Positions 13,840 to 26,881 of a stretch of 64,000 nucleotides of DNA are shown piece after piece. Source of the stretch: an uncultured Chloroflexia bacterium (GTDB lineage Bacteria > Chloroflexota > Chloroflexia > Thermomicrobiales > UBA6265); NCBI GenBank assembly GCA_963741965.1, contig CAVUKC010000002.1:440488-504487 (forward strand), given 5' to 3'. The notes beneath the pieces are model-generated. The model worked only from the letters and a program-made list of their open reading frames with translations, ran no database searches and had not been told where the DNA came from. The stretch's first letter is position 1; every line of letters begins with the position of its first letter. A program made the position numbers and the translations under genes.

Positions 13840-13947
13840 GGTACATGCGGGAGCGATTCGCATCGGGCGGGTCGCTCCTCATCCGGACCGGATGCAACGA
13901 TGGTCCGGTCGGAACGAGTGGGCGACCGAAGCCCAGGGAGTGTACGA

Positions 13948-15147
<1,200 letters not shown>

Positions 15148-15229
15148 CGCACCCAATAGTGGTCCCTGCGCCGGGTGGCTGGTACTGCCGGCCACCCGGT
15201 CGCGAGGGTAGATGTGAGGAACGCTCCAG

Positions 15230-15553
15230 ATGGTAGCAGCGCGGAAGACCGCCCCCAAGATTCGTATTCGCCTCAAGGCGTACGATCACAAGACGCTCGA
15301 TCAGTCGGCGAGCCGCATCGTTGAGACGGCGGAGTCGACCGGCGCCAAGGTCGCGGGCCCGGTGCCCCTGCCGACGCGGATCGAGAAGTTCACTGTTCTG
15401 CGGTCCCCGTTCATTGACAAGGACTCGCAGGAGCAGTTCGAGGTTCGTACCCACAAGCGGCTCATCGATGTGCTCGAGCCGAGCAATGCCACGATCCGGG
15501 CGTTGATGAAGCTCAACCTCCCGGCCGGTGTCGACATCGAGATCAAGCTGTAG
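15230..15553 (+). CDS. rpsJ: 30S ribosomal protein S10
   Basis: [30 protein letters not shown]. Confidence 0.99.
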   Translation: MVAARKTAPKIRIRLKAYDHKTLDQSASRIVETAESTGAKVAGPVPLPTRIEKFTVLRSPFIDKDSQEQFEVRTHKRLIDVLEPSNATIRALMKLNLPAGVDIEIKL

Positions 15554-15602
15554 GGACCGATTCCGTATCGGTCCGCGGGACAGGCGTGGTGCCTGTCCTG
15601 AC
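15550..15602 (+). repeat. GTAG-REP-like hairpin overlapping the rpsJ stop, plus a degenerate inverted partner
   Basis: GTAG-GGACCGAT-TCCGT-ATCGGTCC, then GGACAGGC-GTGGT-GCCTGTCC-TGAC. Confidence 0.6.
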
Positions 15603-15727
15603 GAAACATTCGAAATGTATTCCGGGCATATGGCCGGCAGGCCGATAACCGGAGGACGCACACAACACGCTCTCAGGCCTGGTGCGGCGGGCATCGCTGC
15701 CATCAGATCCTGATCAGGAGAGAGCCA

Positions 15728-16357
15728 ATGGTTCGTGGACTCATCGGGCGCAAGCTCGGTATGACGCAAATCTTCAACGACGAGGGCCTGGCAGTGCCGG
15801 TGACGGTGATCGAAGCCGGACCGTGCGTCGTCACCCAGATCCGCACCGAGGAGAAGGACGGCTACGAGGCCGTGCAGCTCGGGTTCGGCATCGCGAAGAA
15901 GCTGAACAAGCCGCAGCAGGGACACGTGAAGGCCAGCGGCCATCAGGTGAAGACGCTGCGCGAGGTGAAGGCTGACGACTACAGCAGCATCGAGGTCGGC
16001 CAGGTGTTCACGGCGGATACGTTCGCCGCGGGCGACCTGATCGACGTGAGCGGAACCTCCAAGGGTCGCGGTTTTCAGGGCGGCATGAAGCGACATGGCT
16101 TCAGCGGCGGTCCGAAGACCCACGGTCAGTCCGACCGCGCCCGCGCGCCGGGATCGATCGGCGCGAGCGCCACGCCGGGCCGCGTGCTCAAGGGCATGCG
16201 CATGGCGGGCCACATGGGCCACGAGCGGGTCACCGTTCAGAACCTGAAGGTGATTCGGGTCGATACCGACCGCAACCTGCTCCTCGTTGAGGGCTCGGTC
16301 CCGGGACCGAAGCAGGGCGAGCTGCTGATTCGCCACGCGGTGAAGGCTGGCAAGTAG
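15728..16357 (+). CDS. rplC: 50S ribosomal protein L3
   Basis: [25 protein letters not shown]. Confidence 0.99.
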   Translation: MVRGLIGRKLGMTQIFNDEGLAVPVTVIEAGPCVVTQIRTEEKDGYEAVQLGFGIAKKLNKPQQGHVKASGHQVKTLREVKADDYSSIEVGQVFTADTFAAGDLIDVSGTSKGRGFQGGMKRHGFSGGPKTHGQSDRARAPGSIGASATPGRVLKGMRMAGHMGHERVTVQNLKVIRVDTDRNLLLVEGSVPGPKQGELLIRHAVKAGK

Positions 16358-16417
16358 TCAACCCGGTCGTTGAGACCTTGCGTCGCATTAGTCGACGGTA
16401 TGGGAGCAAGCAGAACC

Positions 16418-17116
16418 ATGCAAACGGATGTGTTGAATATCCAGGGTGAAAAGGCGGGGACAATCGACCTCGATGACACCGTCTGGGGTATTGAGCCGCA
16501 CGTCTCCGTGATGCACCAGGCAGTGGTGCGCCAGCAGGCGAACGCGCGACTCGGTACGCACGATACGAAGACTCGAGGCGAGGTCCGCGGTGGTGGACGG
16601 AAGCCGTGGCGTCAGAAGGGCACCGGCCGCGCGCGGCAGGGCACCATTCGCGCGCCGCAGTGGAAGGGCGGCGGTGTCGTGTTCGGCCCGCACCCGCGCA
16701 AGTACACCCAGCGCATGCCGCGGCAGATGCGGCGCCTGGCGATCCGCTCGGCGCTGTCCGCGAAGATGCGCGATGAGCGTCTGACCTTCGTTTCCGGTCT
16801 TGCCGATGTCGAGCCGAAGACCCGGGCGATGAAGACCACGCTGGCCGGTATCGCCGATGGGCGATCGGTGCTGGTGGTCATGCACGACAAGGTGGAGTCC
16901 ATCGAGCGCGGTGCCGCCAACCTCGAGAATGTGAAGACTGTTGTAGCGACGATGCTCAGCGTGCGCGACCTGCTCAAGTACGATCGCGTGCTCGTTACCC
17001 AGGAGGCCGTGGGGGTCATTGAGAACCTCTGGGCACTCACGGGCGAGAAGCGCGAGCCGAGCCAGTGGAAGCTGCAGCGACAGGCTGCCGGCGCCACTGA
17101 GGAGGAGGTTGCGTAA
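16418..17116 (+). CDS. rplD: 50S ribosomal protein L4
   Basis: KPWRQKGTGRARQG, GGGVVFGP. Confidence 0.98.
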   Translation: MQTDVLNIQGEKAGTIDLDDTVWGIEPHVSVMHQAVVRQQANARLGTHDTKTRGEVRGGGRKPWRQKGTGRARQGTIRAPQWKGGGVVFGPHPRKYTQRMPRQMRRLAIRSALSAKMRDERLTFVSGLADVEPKTRAMKTTLAGIADGRSVLVVMHDKVESIERGAANLENVKTVVATMLSVRDLLKYDRVLVTQEAVGVIENLWALTGEKREPSQWKLQRQAAGATEEEVA

Positions 17117-17427
17117 TGGCTGCGCTTCGATTGGAAGAAGTCATTCGCAGGCCGCTGATCACCGAGAAGAACACCTGGCTGATGGAGAAGGGACAGTACA
17201 CCTTCGAGGTGCATCCCGACGCCAACAAGCTCCAGATCCGCGAAGCGGTCCAGGAGACATTCTCGGTCAAGGTCAAGGCTGTCAATACGCTGAACGTTAA
17301 GTCGAAGAAGAAGAGCCGATACGTGCGCCGCGGTGCTGGCCGGATCCACGGCGCCACCGCGGGCTGGAAGAAGGCCATCGTGACCCTCCAGCCAGGCGAG
17401 CACATCGACCTCTTCGAGCAGATGTAG
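17116..17427 (+). CDS. rplW: 50S ribosomal protein L23
   Basis: [20 protein letters not shown]. Confidence 0.98.
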   Translation: MAALRLEEVIRRPLITEKNTWLMEKGQYTFEVHPDANKLQIREAVQETFSVKVKAVNTLNVKSKKKSRYVRRGAGRIHGATAGWKKAIVTLQPGEHIDLFEQM

Positions 17428-17449
17428 GCGCAGAAGGGACGATTGGATC

Positions 17450-18280
17450 ATGCCAGTTCGCAAATACAAGCCAACCTCCCCGGCGCGCCGCTCGATGAGT
17501 GTCAGCACGTTCGAGGAGATCACGAAGAAGAAGCCGGAAAAGAGCCTCATCGAGCCGCTCAAGAAGCACGCCGGCCGTAACAACCGGGGACGCATCACGA
17601 CGCGGCACCGCGGTGGCGGCAACAAGCGCTTCTACCGGATCATCGATTTCAAGCGCAACAAGACCGGCATCCCGGCTCGCGTTGCGGCAATCGAGTACGA
17701 CCCGAACCGGTCCGCCCGCATCGCGCTGCTGTTCTACAAGGACGGCGAGAAGCGCTACATGCTCGCGCCGCTCGGGATCCGCGTGGGTGACGAGGTGGTG
17801 GCCGGGCCGGACGCGCCGATCCGCACCGGCAACGCGCTGCCGCTGGAGAGAATCCCCACCGGTACGCAGATCCACAACATCGAGCTCTACCCGGGCAAGG
17901 GCGGCCAGCTGGTGCGCTCAGCCGGCACGGGCGCGCAGCTGATGGCGAAGGTCGGGAACTACGCCCAGATCCGCATGCCCTCCGGCGAGGTTCGCCTCGT
18001 GCACCTCAAGTGCATGGCGACACTTGGCCAGGTCGGGAACGTTGATCACGAGAACATCGAGATCGGGAAGGCCGGCCGCAGCCGGCACATGGGCCGTCGT
18101 CCGACCGTCCGCGGCTCGGTCATGAACCCGAACGACCACCCGCACGGCGGTGGCGAGGGCAAGGCGCCGATCGGTGGCCAGCCGAAGACCAAGTGGGGCA
18201 AGCCGGCGTTCCAGCGCACGCGGAACAACAAGCGCACCGACAACATGATCGTGCGCCGGCGCTCCAAGAAGCGACGCTAG
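17450..18280 (+). CDS. rplB: 50S ribosomal protein L2
   Basis: [25 protein letters not shown]. Confidence 0.99.
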   Translation: MPVRKYKPTSPARRSMSVSTFEEITKKKPEKSLIEPLKKHAGRNNRGRITTRHRGGGNKRFYRIIDFKRNKTGIPARVAAIEYDPNRSARIALLFYKDGEKRYMLAPLGIRVGDEVVAGPDAPIRTGNALPLERIPTGTQIHNIELYPGKGGQLVRSAGTGAQLMAKVGNYAQIRMPSGEVRLVHLKCMATLGQVGNVDHENIEIGKAGRSRHMGRRPTVRGSVMNPNDHPHGGGEGKAPIGGQPKTKWGKPAFQRTRNNKRTDNMIVRRRSKKRR

Positions 18281-18337
18281 GACGCGGGCCGGGCGCGGTG
18301 AGCCGCGCCGCCCGAGATCTCGATACAGGAGAGCAAC

Positions 18338-18619
18338 GTGTCACGATCTTCCAAGAAGGGGCCGTACATCGATCTGAAGCTGCAGCAGAAGATCGACGCC
18401 CTCAACACAAGCAACCAGCGGACGGTGATCCGCACCTGGGCGCGCGCCAGCACCATCTTCCCGGGCATGGTCGGTCACACTGTGGCGGTGCATAACGGCC
18501 GCCAGCACGTGCCCATCTTCGTCACGGAGCAGATGGTGGGCCACAAGCTCGGTGAGTTCGCGCCGACGCGGACCTACCGTGGCCACACCAAGGATGCCGA
18601 CAGGCGCGGCCGCCGCTAG
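18338..18619 (+). CDS. rpsS: 30S ribosomal protein S19
   Basis: [23 protein letters not shown]. Confidence 0.99.
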   Translation: MSRSSKKGPYIDLKLQQKIDALNTSNQRTVIRTWARASTIFPGMVGHTVAVHNGRQHVPIFVTEQMVGHKLGEFAPTRTYRGHTKDADRRGRR

Positions 18620-18643
18620 GCGAGACGAAGGACAGGACGAGCG

Positions 18644-18985
18644 ATGGAAGTCACAGCAAAGGCAACCCGCATCCGCATCTCGCCCCGGAAGGCCCGCCTG
18701 GTGGTGGACATGGTCCGCGGCAAGAAGGTGACGGACGCGATCGAGCTGATGAAGTTCGTGCCCAACCGCGCAGCAGTCGATGTCGAGAAGCTGCTCAAGT
18801 CGGTGGCGGCGAACGCCGAGAACAACTACGACCTCGACCCCGAGGATCTGTGGATCAAGGAAATCTACGCAGACGATGCCCCACAGATGCGACGGTTCAA
18901 GCCGAAGTCACGTGGCCGCGTCGGGCGTATTCTCCGTCGGTCGTGCCATATCACGGTCATCGCGGAAGAAAGGGAGAACGCCTAA
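18644..18985 (+). CDS. rplV: 50S ribosomal protein L22
   Basis: [22 protein letters not shown]. Confidence 0.98.
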   Translation: MEVTAKATRIRISPRKARLVVDMVRGKKVTDAIELMKFVPNRAAVDVEKLLKSVAANAENNYDLDPEDLWIKEIYADDAPQMRRFKPKSRGRVGRILRRSCHITVIAEERENA

Positions 18986-19668
18986 TGGGACGTAAAGTCA
19001 ACCCAATCGGGTTCCGCCTCGGCGTGGCGAGCGACTGGGAGTCGAACTGGTTCGCCGAGAAGAACTACACCGAGTTCCTGCATGAGGATCTCCTGATTCG
19101 GGACATCATCCAGAAGGAGCTCACCCGCGCCGGCGTGTCGCGCATCGAGCTTGAGCGCGCCGCCAACAAGGTGGATGTCACGCTCTACACCTCGAAGCCG
19201 GGCATCGTGATCGGCAAGCAGGGCTCGAACGTGGACCGGCTCCGCAAGCTGCTCGAGCAGAAGGCGGGCAAGAAGGTCAACGTCAAGATCGAGGAAGTGA
19301 AGATCCCCGAGATCGACGCCCAGCTCGTCGCCGAGAGCATTGCCGAGCAGCTGCAGCGCCGTGTGAGCTACCGCCGCGCGATGAAGCACGCCGTGCAGCA
19401 GGCCATGCGCCGCGGCGCCAAGGGCGTGAAGATCCGGTTGGCGGGCCGCCTCGGCGGCGCGGACATGCGCCGCGAGGTGAAGGAGATGGAGGGCCGCGTG
19501 CCGCTCCACACCATCCGCGCGGAGATCGACTACGCCAACGTTCACGCCCACACGACCTACGGTCGCATCGGCGTGAAGGTCTGGGTCTACAAGGGCGACA
19601 AGCTCCCGGAGCGCGGTGAGGTGACCGAAGCCTCGCTCACGGCGGACCTGGCGAACGTCGGCGACTAG
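18985..19668 (+). CDS. rpsC: 30S ribosomal protein S3
   Basis: [32 protein letters not shown]. Confidence 0.99.
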   Translation: MGRKVNPIGFRLGVASDWESNWFAEKNYTEFLHEDLLIRDIIQKELTRAGVSRIELERAANKVDVTLYTSKPGIVIGKQGSNVDRLRKLLEQKAGKKVNVKIEEVKIPEIDAQLVAESIAEQLQRRVSYRRAMKHAVQQAMRRGAKGVKIRLAGRLGGADMRREVKEMEGRVPLHTIRAEIDYANVHAHTTYGRIGVKVWVYKGDKLPERGEVTEASLTADLANVGD

Positions 19669-19732
19669 ACGAGGGGAATCGCCGGCACGGCGCCAGCCGT
19701 ACCGGATGTGAGCAGGATCGGAGCGATCTGAC

Positions 19733-20176
19733 ATGTTGATGCCGAAGCGGACCAAGTACCGCAAGACCATGCGTGGCCGCATGACCGGCAAGGCGTACCG
19801 CGGGTCGACCATCTCCTTCGGGGATTACGGTCTGCAGTCGCTGGAGCCGGCGTGGGTGTCCAGCCGCCAGATCGAGGCGGCGCGCCGCGCGATCACCAAC
19901 TACCTGAAGCGCGGTGGCAAGGTCTGGATCCGGATCTTCCCGGACAAGTCCGTCACGCAGAAGCCGGCCGAGACCCGCATGGGCTCCGGCAAGGGCAACC
20001 CGGAGTACTGGGTGGCCGTGGTGAAGCCGGGCCGGCTCCTGTTCGAGGTGTCCGGCGTGAGCGAGGAGCTGGCCGCGGAAGCCATGCGCCGCGCGGCGAT
20101 GAAGATGCCAATGAAGTGCAAGTTCGTGGTGAAGCACACCCCGGGCGCGACACAGGACGAGGAGGCGACGGCGTGA
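19733..20176 (+). CDS. rplP: 50S ribosomal protein L16
   Basis: [18 protein letters not shown]. Confidence 0.99.
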   Translation: MLMPKRTKYRKTMRGRMTGKAYRGSTISFGDYGLQSLEPAWVSSRQIEAARRAITNYLKRGGKVWIRIFPDKSVTQKPAETRMGSGKGNPEYWVAVVKPGRLLFEVSGVSEELAAEAMRRAAMKMPMKCKFVVKHTPGATQDEEATA

Positions 20177-20382
20177 AGGCAGCCGAAATCCGCGCGATGA
20201 GCGCCGAGGATCGCGAGGCGAGGCTGCGCGAGCTCTATGGTGAGTGGCGCGACCTCCGCTTTCAGGAGGCGGTCGGCCAGATGACGGCGACGAGCCGCAT
20301 CCGCGTGATCCGCAAGGACATCGCCCGTATCAAGACGATCCAGGGCGAGCAGGACCGCGCTGCGACCACCGCGCAGGCGTGA
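20173..20382 (+). CDS. rpmC: 50S ribosomal protein L29
   Basis: GTG start overlapping rplP stop; KAAEIR...LRFQ...[10 protein letters not shown]. Confidence 0.96.
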   Translation: MKAAEIRAMSAEDREARLRELYGEWRDLRFQEAVGQMTATSRIRVIRKDIARIKTIQGEQDRAATTAQA

Positions 20383-20398
20383 GGAATCGAGGGAAACG

Positions 20399-20701
<303 letters not shown>

Positions 20702-20754
20702 CGCACCGCGCTGAGCGAGCCTGGCGGGCACCACATGCCCGGAGGATTGAAACG

Positions 20755-21123
20755 GTGATTCAGCAACAGACTCGGCTCAAGGTCGCTGACAACAGTGGTG
20801 CGCGTGAGATCATGTGCATCCGGGTGCTCGGCGGCTCGGGACGCAAGACCGGCGGCGTCGGTGACACCATCATCGCGTCGGTGAAGGTGGCCCAGCCAAA
20901 CTCGGCGGTCAAGAAGGGCGACGTGGTGCGTGCCGTGATTGTGCGGACCGCGCAGGAGTACGGTCGCCCGGATGGCAGCCATATCAAGTTCGACGACAAC
21001 GCGGCGGTGTTGATCAACCCGGCGGGCAACCCGCGAGGGACCCGTATCTTCGGCCCGATCGCCCGCGAGCTGCGCGAAAAGGCGTACATGCGTATCGTGT
21101 CGCTGGCGCCTGAGGTGCTGTAG
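20755..21123 (+). CDS. rplN: 50S ribosomal protein L14
   Basis: [30 protein letters not shown]. Confidence 0.99.
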   Translation: MIQQQTRLKVADNSGAREIMCIRVLGGSGRKTGGVGDTIIASVKVAQPNSAVKKGDVVRAVIVRTAQEYGRPDGSHIKFDDNAAVLINPAGNPRGTRIFGPIARELREKAYMRIVSLAPEVL

Positions 21124-21132
21124 GGAGCAACG

Positions 21133-21456
21133 ATGAGGAAGATTCGCACGGGCGATGAAGTGCTCGTCACCAGCGGTCGAAACAAGGGTCAGCAGGGCAC
21201 AGTCCGCAAGAACCTGTTCGACGAGAAGCGCGTGGTGATCGAGGGCGTCAACATCGTCAAGAAGCACATCAAGCGCGGCCGCGCGCGACAGGCCGGCATC
21301 GTCGAGGTGGAGGCGCCGCTGCACGTCTCCAACGTGATGGTGATCTGCCCGACGTGCAAGGAGCCGACACGTGTCGGTGTCCGCCGCAACGACGAAGGCG
21401 ACAACCAGCGGTACTGCAAGAAGTGTGATGCCACCATCCCGTCCGAGCAGGTGTAG
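21133..21456 (+). CDS. rplX: 50S ribosomal protein L24
   Basis: KOW motif [27 protein letters not shown]. Confidence 0.98.
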   Translation: MRKIRTGDEVLVTSGRNKGQQGTVRKNLFDEKRVVIEGVNIVKKHIKRGRARQAGIVEVEAPLHVSNVMVICPTCKEPTRVGVRRNDEGDNQRYCKKCDATIPSEQV

Positions 21457-21580
21457 GCTGCCAGCGCGGGAACGAACCATAAGGTGAGCGGCGACCTGAG
21501 TGCCGCGGCAGCGGCAGACCAGGTGGGAACGCCGATCTGCAGATGATGGCGGGCAGGCAGCCCGCAGTGAGGCAATAGGA

Positions 21581-22120
21581 ATGGCACGGCTACAGGAGCG
21601 CTACAGGGAGGACATCATCGCGAACCTCCAGCGCGAACTTGGCTACAAGAACGTGTATCAGGTGCCGAAGCTCGAGAAGATCGTCGTCAACGTTGGTCTC
21701 GGCGAGGCCATCGCCAACGGACGGGCGCTCGAGGCGGCCACAAACGATCTCGCGACGATCACCGGCCAGAAGCCGGTGGTGACGCGGGCAAAGAAGTCGA
21801 TCGCGAGCTTCAAGCTTCGCGCTGGCATGCCGATCGGCGCCATGGTGACGCTGCGCGGCGAGCGCATGTACGAGTTCCTCGATCGGCTCATCTCGGTGGC
21901 GCTGCCGCGCATTCGCGACTTCCGCGGTGTCTCGCCCAACTCGTTCGATGGTCGCGGAAACTACACGCTCGGTCTTCGAGAGCAGCTGATGTTCCCGGAG
22001 ATCGACTACGACCGCATCGACAAGATCCGCGGGCTGGAGGTCAGTATCGTGACCACCGCCAAGACGGACGATGAGGGTCGCCGGTTGCTTGCGCTCCTCG
22101 GCATGCCGTTTGCCCAGTAG
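21581..22120 (+). CDS. rplE: 50S ribosomal protein L5
   Basis: [25 protein letters not shown]. Confidence 0.99.
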   Translation: MARLQERYREDIIANLQRELGYKNVYQVPKLEKIVVNVGLGEAIANGRALEAATNDLATITGQKPVVTRAKKSIASFKLRAGMPIGAMVTLRGERMYEFLDRLISVALPRIRDFRGVSPNSFDGRGNYTLGLREQLMFPEIDYDRIDKIRGLEVSIVTTAKTDDEGRRLLALLGMPFAQ

Positions 22121-22138
22121 GAGCCTGATGGAGGAACA

Positions 22139-22324
22139 ATGGCCAAGAAGAGCATGATCGCGAAAGCAAAGCGGACCCCGAAGTTCTCCACGCGCGCGGT
22201 CAACCGATGTAAACTGTGCGGCCGCTCGCGGGCGTACATCAGGAAGTTTGGCGTGTGCCGCATCTGCTTCCGGGAGCTCGCCTCCCAGGGCAAGCTGCCG
22301 GGTGTGACCAAGTCGAGCTGGTAG
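22139..22324 (+). CDS. rpsN: 30S ribosomal protein S14, Zn-binding 61-aa type
   Basis: NRCKLCGR...CRICFR...LPGVTKSSW. Confidence 0.98.
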   Translation: MAKKSMIAKAKRTPKFSTRAVNRCKLCGRSRAYIRKFGVCRICFRELASQGKLPGVTKSSW

Positions 22325-22373
22325 GTCTCGCGCTGCGGCACGCAGGCGAACGAATGGACGGAGAACGCGACGG

Positions 22374-22772
22374 ATGAGCGTCAATGACCCGATCAGCGAC
22401 ATGCTGACCCGGATCCGGAATGCCGGCATGGCTCGGAACACCGAGACCACGATGCCCGCAACCAAGATCCTGGCGGCGATCGCGGAAATTCTGAAGCAGG
22501 AAGGGTACATCGAGGATTTCAGTGTGGTCGAGAAGCGGCCCCAGAACCAGCTGGTGATCAAGCTCAGCTACGGTTCGGACCGCCGCCACACGATCCGCGA
22601 GATCAAGCGCGTGAGCAAGCCGGGGCTCCGCGTCTACGCGGGCAAGGACCAGTTGCCACGCGTGAAGAGCGGCCTCGGTATCGCCATCGTCAGCACCCCC
22701 GAGGGTGTGCTGACTGGCTACGAAGCCCGGCGTCGCGGCATTGGTGGTGAGGTGCTCTGCACCGTCTGGTAA
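22374..22772 (+). CDS. rpsH: 30S ribosomal protein S8
   Basis: DPISDMLTRIRNA, SKPGLRVY, GGEVLC. Confidence 0.99.
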   Translation: MSVNDPISDMLTRIRNAGMARNTETTMPATKILAAIAEILKQEGYIEDFSVVEKRPQNQLVIKLSYGSDRRHTIREIKRVSKPGLRVYAGKDQLPRVKSGLGIAIVSTPEGVLTGYEARRRGIGGEVLCTVW

Positions 22773-22819
22773 ACCCGGACGGAGCGGAGTGACACCAGCC
22801 AGATCACGGGAGTAGGGCG

Positions 22820-23365
22820 ATGTCTCGAATTGGTATCAAGCCGATCGCGGTGCCGAGTGGCGTCACGATTTCGATCGGCGCGGACAACACGGTAATGGTC
22901 AAGGGGCCGAAGGGCGAGCTCTCCAGCTCGTTCTCGCCTCGCATGAAGATCACGCAGGAAGACGGCACCGTCACCGTCGCTCGCCCGAACGACGAGCGCG
23001 AGAACCGGGCGCTGCACGGCCTGACGCGGTCGCTGCTGAACAACATGGTCGTCGGCGTCACCGATGGCTACACCAAGAACCTCGAGATCCAGGGCGTGGG
23101 CTACCGCGCGGCGATGAGCGGCAAGAACCTTGTGCTCAACGTCGGCTTCTCTCACCCGGTGACGATGGTTCCGCCCGAGGGCATCACCTATGCGGTCGAG
23201 GCCAACACGCGCGTGTCGGTGAGCGGCATCGACAAGCAGATGGTGGGCGAGCAGGCAGCCAAGATCCGCATCGTGCGGCCGCCCGAGCCATACAAGGGCA
23301 AGGGAATCCGCTACGCGGGCGAGTACGTCCGCCGCAAGGCGGGCAAGGCCGGCAAGGCGAAGTAG
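22820..23365 (+). CDS. rplF: 50S ribosomal protein L6
   Basis: [24 protein letters not shown]. Confidence 0.99.
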   Translation: MSRIGIKPIAVPSGVTISIGADNTVMVKGPKGELSSSFSPRMKITQEDGTVTVARPNDERENRALHGLTRSLLNNMVVGVTDGYTKNLEIQGVGYRAAMSGKNLVLNVGFSHPVTMVPPEGITYAVEANTRVSVSGIDKQMVGEQAAKIRIVRPPEPYKGKGIRYAGEYVRRKAGKAGKAK

Positions 23366-23386
23366 GGGCGGACGCCGTGTCCGCCC
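23362..23386 (+). repeat. GTAG-REP-like hairpin overlapping the rplF stop
   Basis: GTAG-GGGCGGAC-GCCGT-GTCCGCCC. Confidence 0.65.
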
Positions 23387-23509
23387 GGTCGCGCCGGCCG
23401 TGTACCGGCCACAATCGCCGGCACCTGGAGTTGAAACCCCGGTGGTGGGCTGGATACGACGCTCACAAGACGAGCCAGCCTGCCAGTTCCGGGATCAATG
23501 GAGTGAGCA

Positions 23510-23884
23510 ATGCGAATCAAGTATCGAAAGAAGTTGTCACCGAGAAAGCGACGTCACGTTCGCGTTCGCGCGAAGGTGAGCGGGACGTCCGGGCGACCTC
23601 GACTGAATGTGTACCGCTCGTCCGCGCACATCTACGCCCAGGTCATCGATGACGTCGCCGGCCGGACCCTGGTGTCCGCCAGTGACCTCGAGGACGAGGT
23701 GATGCAGAAGGCGGGCGACGGGGCGGCGAAGACCGCTCGTGCCGCGGCGGTCGGACAGGCCATCGCGGAGCGCGCAAAGGCTGCGGGCATCGACAGCGTT
23801 ATCTTCGATCGCGGTGGATTTCTCTACCACGGTCGCGTCAAGGCAGTAGCCGACGGAGCTCGCGAGGGCGGTCTCAAGTTCTAG
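23510..23884 (+). CDS. rplR: 50S ribosomal protein L18
   Basis: [21 protein letters not shown]. Confidence 0.98.
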   Translation: MRIKYRKKLSPRKRRHVRVRAKVSGTSGRPRLNVYRSSAHIYAQVIDDVAGRTLVSASDLEDEVMQKAGDGAAKTARAAAVGQAIAERAKAAGIDSVIFDRGGFLYHGRVKAVADGAREGGLKF

Positions 23885-23935
23885 CCGCGTGGCGGCCACA
23901 CGCTGGCCGCGATAGCGAGCATTCTGGAGTGAGGT

Positions 23936-24628
23936 ATGGATCGGAATCGAGATGGACGCGGTTCGCGCCGTCGCGAAGAGGACGGGGCCAACGAGCTCGA
24001 AGAGCGTCTCGTCAAGATCAACCGCGTTGCCAAGGTGGTCAAGGGCGGCCGTCGGTTCGCCTTCGGCAGCATCGTGGTTGTCGGTGACAGCAACGGCCGG
24101 GTCGGTATCGGCCATGGCAAGGGCGGCGAGGTCACGGACAGCATCCGCAAGGGTGTCGAGCAGGCCAAGAAGTCGCTGATCTCCGTGCCGCTGGATGGCT
24201 CGACCATTCCGCACGAGGTCGAGTGCTCCTACGGCGCGGCCCGGGTCATCCTGAAGCCCGCGTCGCCCGGTACCGGCGTCATCGCTGGCGGTGGCGTTCG
24301 CGCCGTCGTCGAGCTCGCCGGCATCCGAGACGTGCTCACCAAGAGCGTCGGCAACAACAACCCGGTCAACGTGGTGAAGGCGACCATGAAGGCGCTGCAG
24401 AGCCTCCAGACCGAGGAGCAGGTCATCCGCCGGCGCCGCAAGAGCACCGACCGCCTGCGCAAGCCGTACGAGCATGGTGAAGCCGCCGAGGCCCAGCTGG
24501 CAGCGCGCAAGCGCATCCAGGAGGCGACCAAGGCCGCCGAGAAGGAGCGGAACCAGCGCACCTCCCGGCCGCGACGCCAGGGTGGTGGCCCGCGCCGCAA
24601 CCAGCAGCAGAGGAGTGACGCGTCATGA
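23936..24628 (+). CDS. rpsE: 30S ribosomal protein S5 with C-terminal extension
   Basis: [21 protein letters not shown]. Confidence 0.98.
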   Translation: MDRNRDGRGSRRREEDGANELEERLVKINRVAKVVKGGRRFAFGSIVVVGDSNGRVGIGHGKGGEVTDSIRKGVEQAKKSLISVPLDGSTIPHEVECSYGAARVILKPASPGTGVIAGGGVRAVVELAGIRDVLTKSVGNNNPVNVVKATMKALQSLQTEEQVIRRRRKSTDRLRKPYEHGEAAEAQLAARKRIQEATKAAEKERNQRTSRPRRQGGGPRRNQQQRSDAS

Positions 24629-24837
24629 GCGAGACCCAGACGCCTGCAATTGGACGCCTGCGAATCACGCTCGTTCGCAGTGTCATCGGTCGACCGGGTG
24701 ATCAGGAGCGCACCGTGCAGTCCCTCGGGCTGCGCAAGGTGAACCAGACCGTCGAGCGGGAGGACACGCCGTCCATCCGCGGGATGGTCAACAAGATCAG
24801 CCACCTGGTCACGGTTGAGGAAGTCGCCGCCTCCTGA
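24625..24837 (+). CDS. rpmD: 50S ribosomal protein L30
   Basis: [19 protein letters not shown]. Confidence 0.97.
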   Translation: MSETQTPAIGRLRITLVRSVIGRPGDQERTVQSLGLRKVNQTVEREDTPSIRGMVNKISHLVTVEEVAAS

Positions 24838-24880
24838 TCCCGCTGATGCGGGCCCGGGCCATGGCGATAGAGGAAGTCCC

Positions 24881-25483
24881 ATGCCAGTTTCGATGGAAGA
24901 CCTGCGCCCCGACGAGGGCGCGAAGAAGAGCCGGCGGCGTGTCGGTCGTGGCCACGGAAGTGGTCGCGTCAAGACCGCCGGCCGGGGTACCAAGGGCCAG
25001 AACTCCCGCTCCGGCGGTGGTGTTCGCCAGGGGTTCGAGGGCGGCCAGCTCCCGATCCAGCGGCGCATGCCGTACAAGCGCGGTTTCACCAACCGCCTCA
25101 AGACGCCGTGGGAGATCGTGAGCCTCTCGCAGCTCGAAGCGCTCGCCAGTGATGGCGCGGTCACGCCGGAGACGCTGGTGAACGCCGGTGTCGTCCGCAG
25201 CCTCGACCTGCCGGTGAAGATCCTTGGCGGCGGCGAGCTCTCGAGCTCCGTCACCGTGAAGGCGCATGCGTTCTCGAAGTCCGCCCAGGAGGCCATCGAG
25301 AAGGCCGGCGGTACCGCTGAGACGCTCGAGCGCGACGACCAGTGGCTGACCGCCCGGCCGCGCAGCCGCCGCCTGCCGCTCAACCGCGAGATGAAGCAGA
25401 TGCGAGTCGGCAAGGTCGGTGGGCCGAGCCGCCGCGAGGCGCTGGCGCAGCTGAAGCAGCAGGACGAGGCGAAGGAGGCCTAG
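24881..25483 (+). CDS. rplO: 50S ribosomal protein L15 with C-terminal extension
   Basis: RVGRGHGSG, GFEGGQLP, AIEKAGG; RBS GAGG. Confidence 0.97.
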   Translation: MPVSMEDLRPDEGAKKSRRRVGRGHGSGRVKTAGRGTKGQNSRSGGGVRQGFEGGQLPIQRRMPYKRGFTNRLKTPWEIVSLSQLEALASDGAVTPETLVNAGVVRSLDLPVKILGGGELSSSVTVKAHAFSKSAQEAIEKAGGTAETLERDDQWLTARPRSRRLPLNREMKQMRVGKVGGPSRREALAQLKQQDEAKEA

Positions 25484-25486
25484 CAG

Positions 25487-26803
25487 ATGCTTCAGGCCGT
25501 CATCAACGCATTCAAGATTCCCGACCTGCGGCGGAAGATTCTCTTCACGCTGGCGATGCTGATCATCTTCCGGTTCGTCGCCAGCATCCCCATCCCGAAT
25601 GTGGACCGCGACGGGCTGAGGGACTACATCGAGACCAACCAGCTGCTCGGGATGCTGAACATCTTCTCGGGCAGCGGGCTGAAGAACTTCTCGATCGCGG
25701 CGCTCGGCGTCTACCCGTACATCACCGCATCGATCATCATGCAGTTGATGACGCCTATCGTCCCGCGCCTGAACGAGCTGTCGCAGGAAGGTGAGCAGGG
25801 CCGGAACCAGATCAACAAGTACACCCACTGGCTGACGGTGCCGCTGGCGTTGCTGCAGGGCTACGGCCAGGCGCTTCTGTTCTCGCGGCAGCCGAGCCCG
25901 AATGGTGGCACGCTGATCAACGACTTCGGACTGTTCAACGCGGACACGTTCCTGCCGACAGTCGCGGTCCTGCTCTCGATGACGGCCGGCACCATGCTTC
26001 TCGTCTGGATCGGTGAGCTGATCACCGAGAAGGGCATCGGCAACGGCATCTCGATCATCATCTTCGGCGGCATCGTTGCGTCGCTCCCAGGGGCCGTGCA
26101 ACGGCTGCTGACGGGTGGCGAGATGTCATCGAACGTCATCGGCACGGCGATGTTCATCGCGATCGGCCTGATCACCGTCGTTGGCATCGTGCTGATCAAT
26201 GAGGGCCAGCGCCGCATCCCGGTGCAGTACGCCAAGCGGATCCGGCAGGGTCAGATGGTCGGTGGGTCAACCACGCACATCCCGCTGAAGGTCAACAGCG
26301 CGGGCATGATCCCGCTGATCTTCGCGGTCAGCATCATGGTCTTCCCTGGGATGGTGGCCAACTTCCTCTCGGCGTCGAACCGGGAGTGGGTGCGCAACCT
26401 CGCGACCGACATCAGCGTCTGGCTCAGCCCGAACTCGGTGCCGTACAACATCATCTACTTCCTGATGGTGGTGGCGTTCACCTTCTTCTACACGATGGTC
26501 GTGTTCCAGCAGCAGCGCATCCCGGAGTCGCTCCAGCGGCAGGGCGCGTTCATCCCGGGCGTCCGGCCCGGTCGGAACACGGCGAGCTTCCTGCAGCGCG
26601 TGCTCTCGCGGATCACGATCGTCGGGGCATTGTTCCTCGGCCTTGTCGCGATCCTGCCATTCATCGCGTCCAGCATCACAGGCGTGGACACGCTGCTGCT
26701 CGGCTCGACCTCGCTAATCATCGTCGTCGGTGTCGCCATCGACACGATGCGGCAGCTCGAGGCGCAGCTGATGATGCGCAACTACGAGGGATTCATTAGC
26801 TAG
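25487..26803 (+). CDS. secY: Preprotein translocase SecY
   Basis: LGVYPYITASII, GIGNGISIIIF, FIPGVRPG; multiple TM segments. Confidence 0.99.
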   Translation: MLQAVINAFKIPDLRRKILFTLAMLIIFRFVASIPIPNVDRDGLRDYIETNQLLGMLNIFSGSGLKNFSIAALGVYPYITASIIMQLMTPIVPRLNELSQEGEQGRNQINKYTHWLTVPLALLQGYGQALLFSRQPSPNGGTLINDFGLFNADTFLPTVAVLLSMTAGTMLLVWIGELITEKGIGNGISIIIFGGIVASLPGAVQRLLTGGEMSSNVIGTAMFIAIGLITVVGIVLINEGQRRIPVQYAKRIRQGQMVGGSTTHIPLKVNSAGMIPLIFAVSIMVFPGMVANFLSASNREWVRNLATDISVWLSPNSVPYNIIYFLMVVAFTFFYTMVVFQQQRIPESLQRQGAFIPGVRPGRNTASFLQRVLSRITIVGALFLGLVAILPFIASSITGVDTLLLGSTSLIIVVGVAIDTMRQLEAQLMMRNYEGFIS

Positions 26804-26881
26804 CGGGCGACCGGGGAGGACAGGCGCGTTCTCCCCGGCTTCGGCGCACCGTGTCGCGGTCGCGCCCGCCCGATACTGGAG

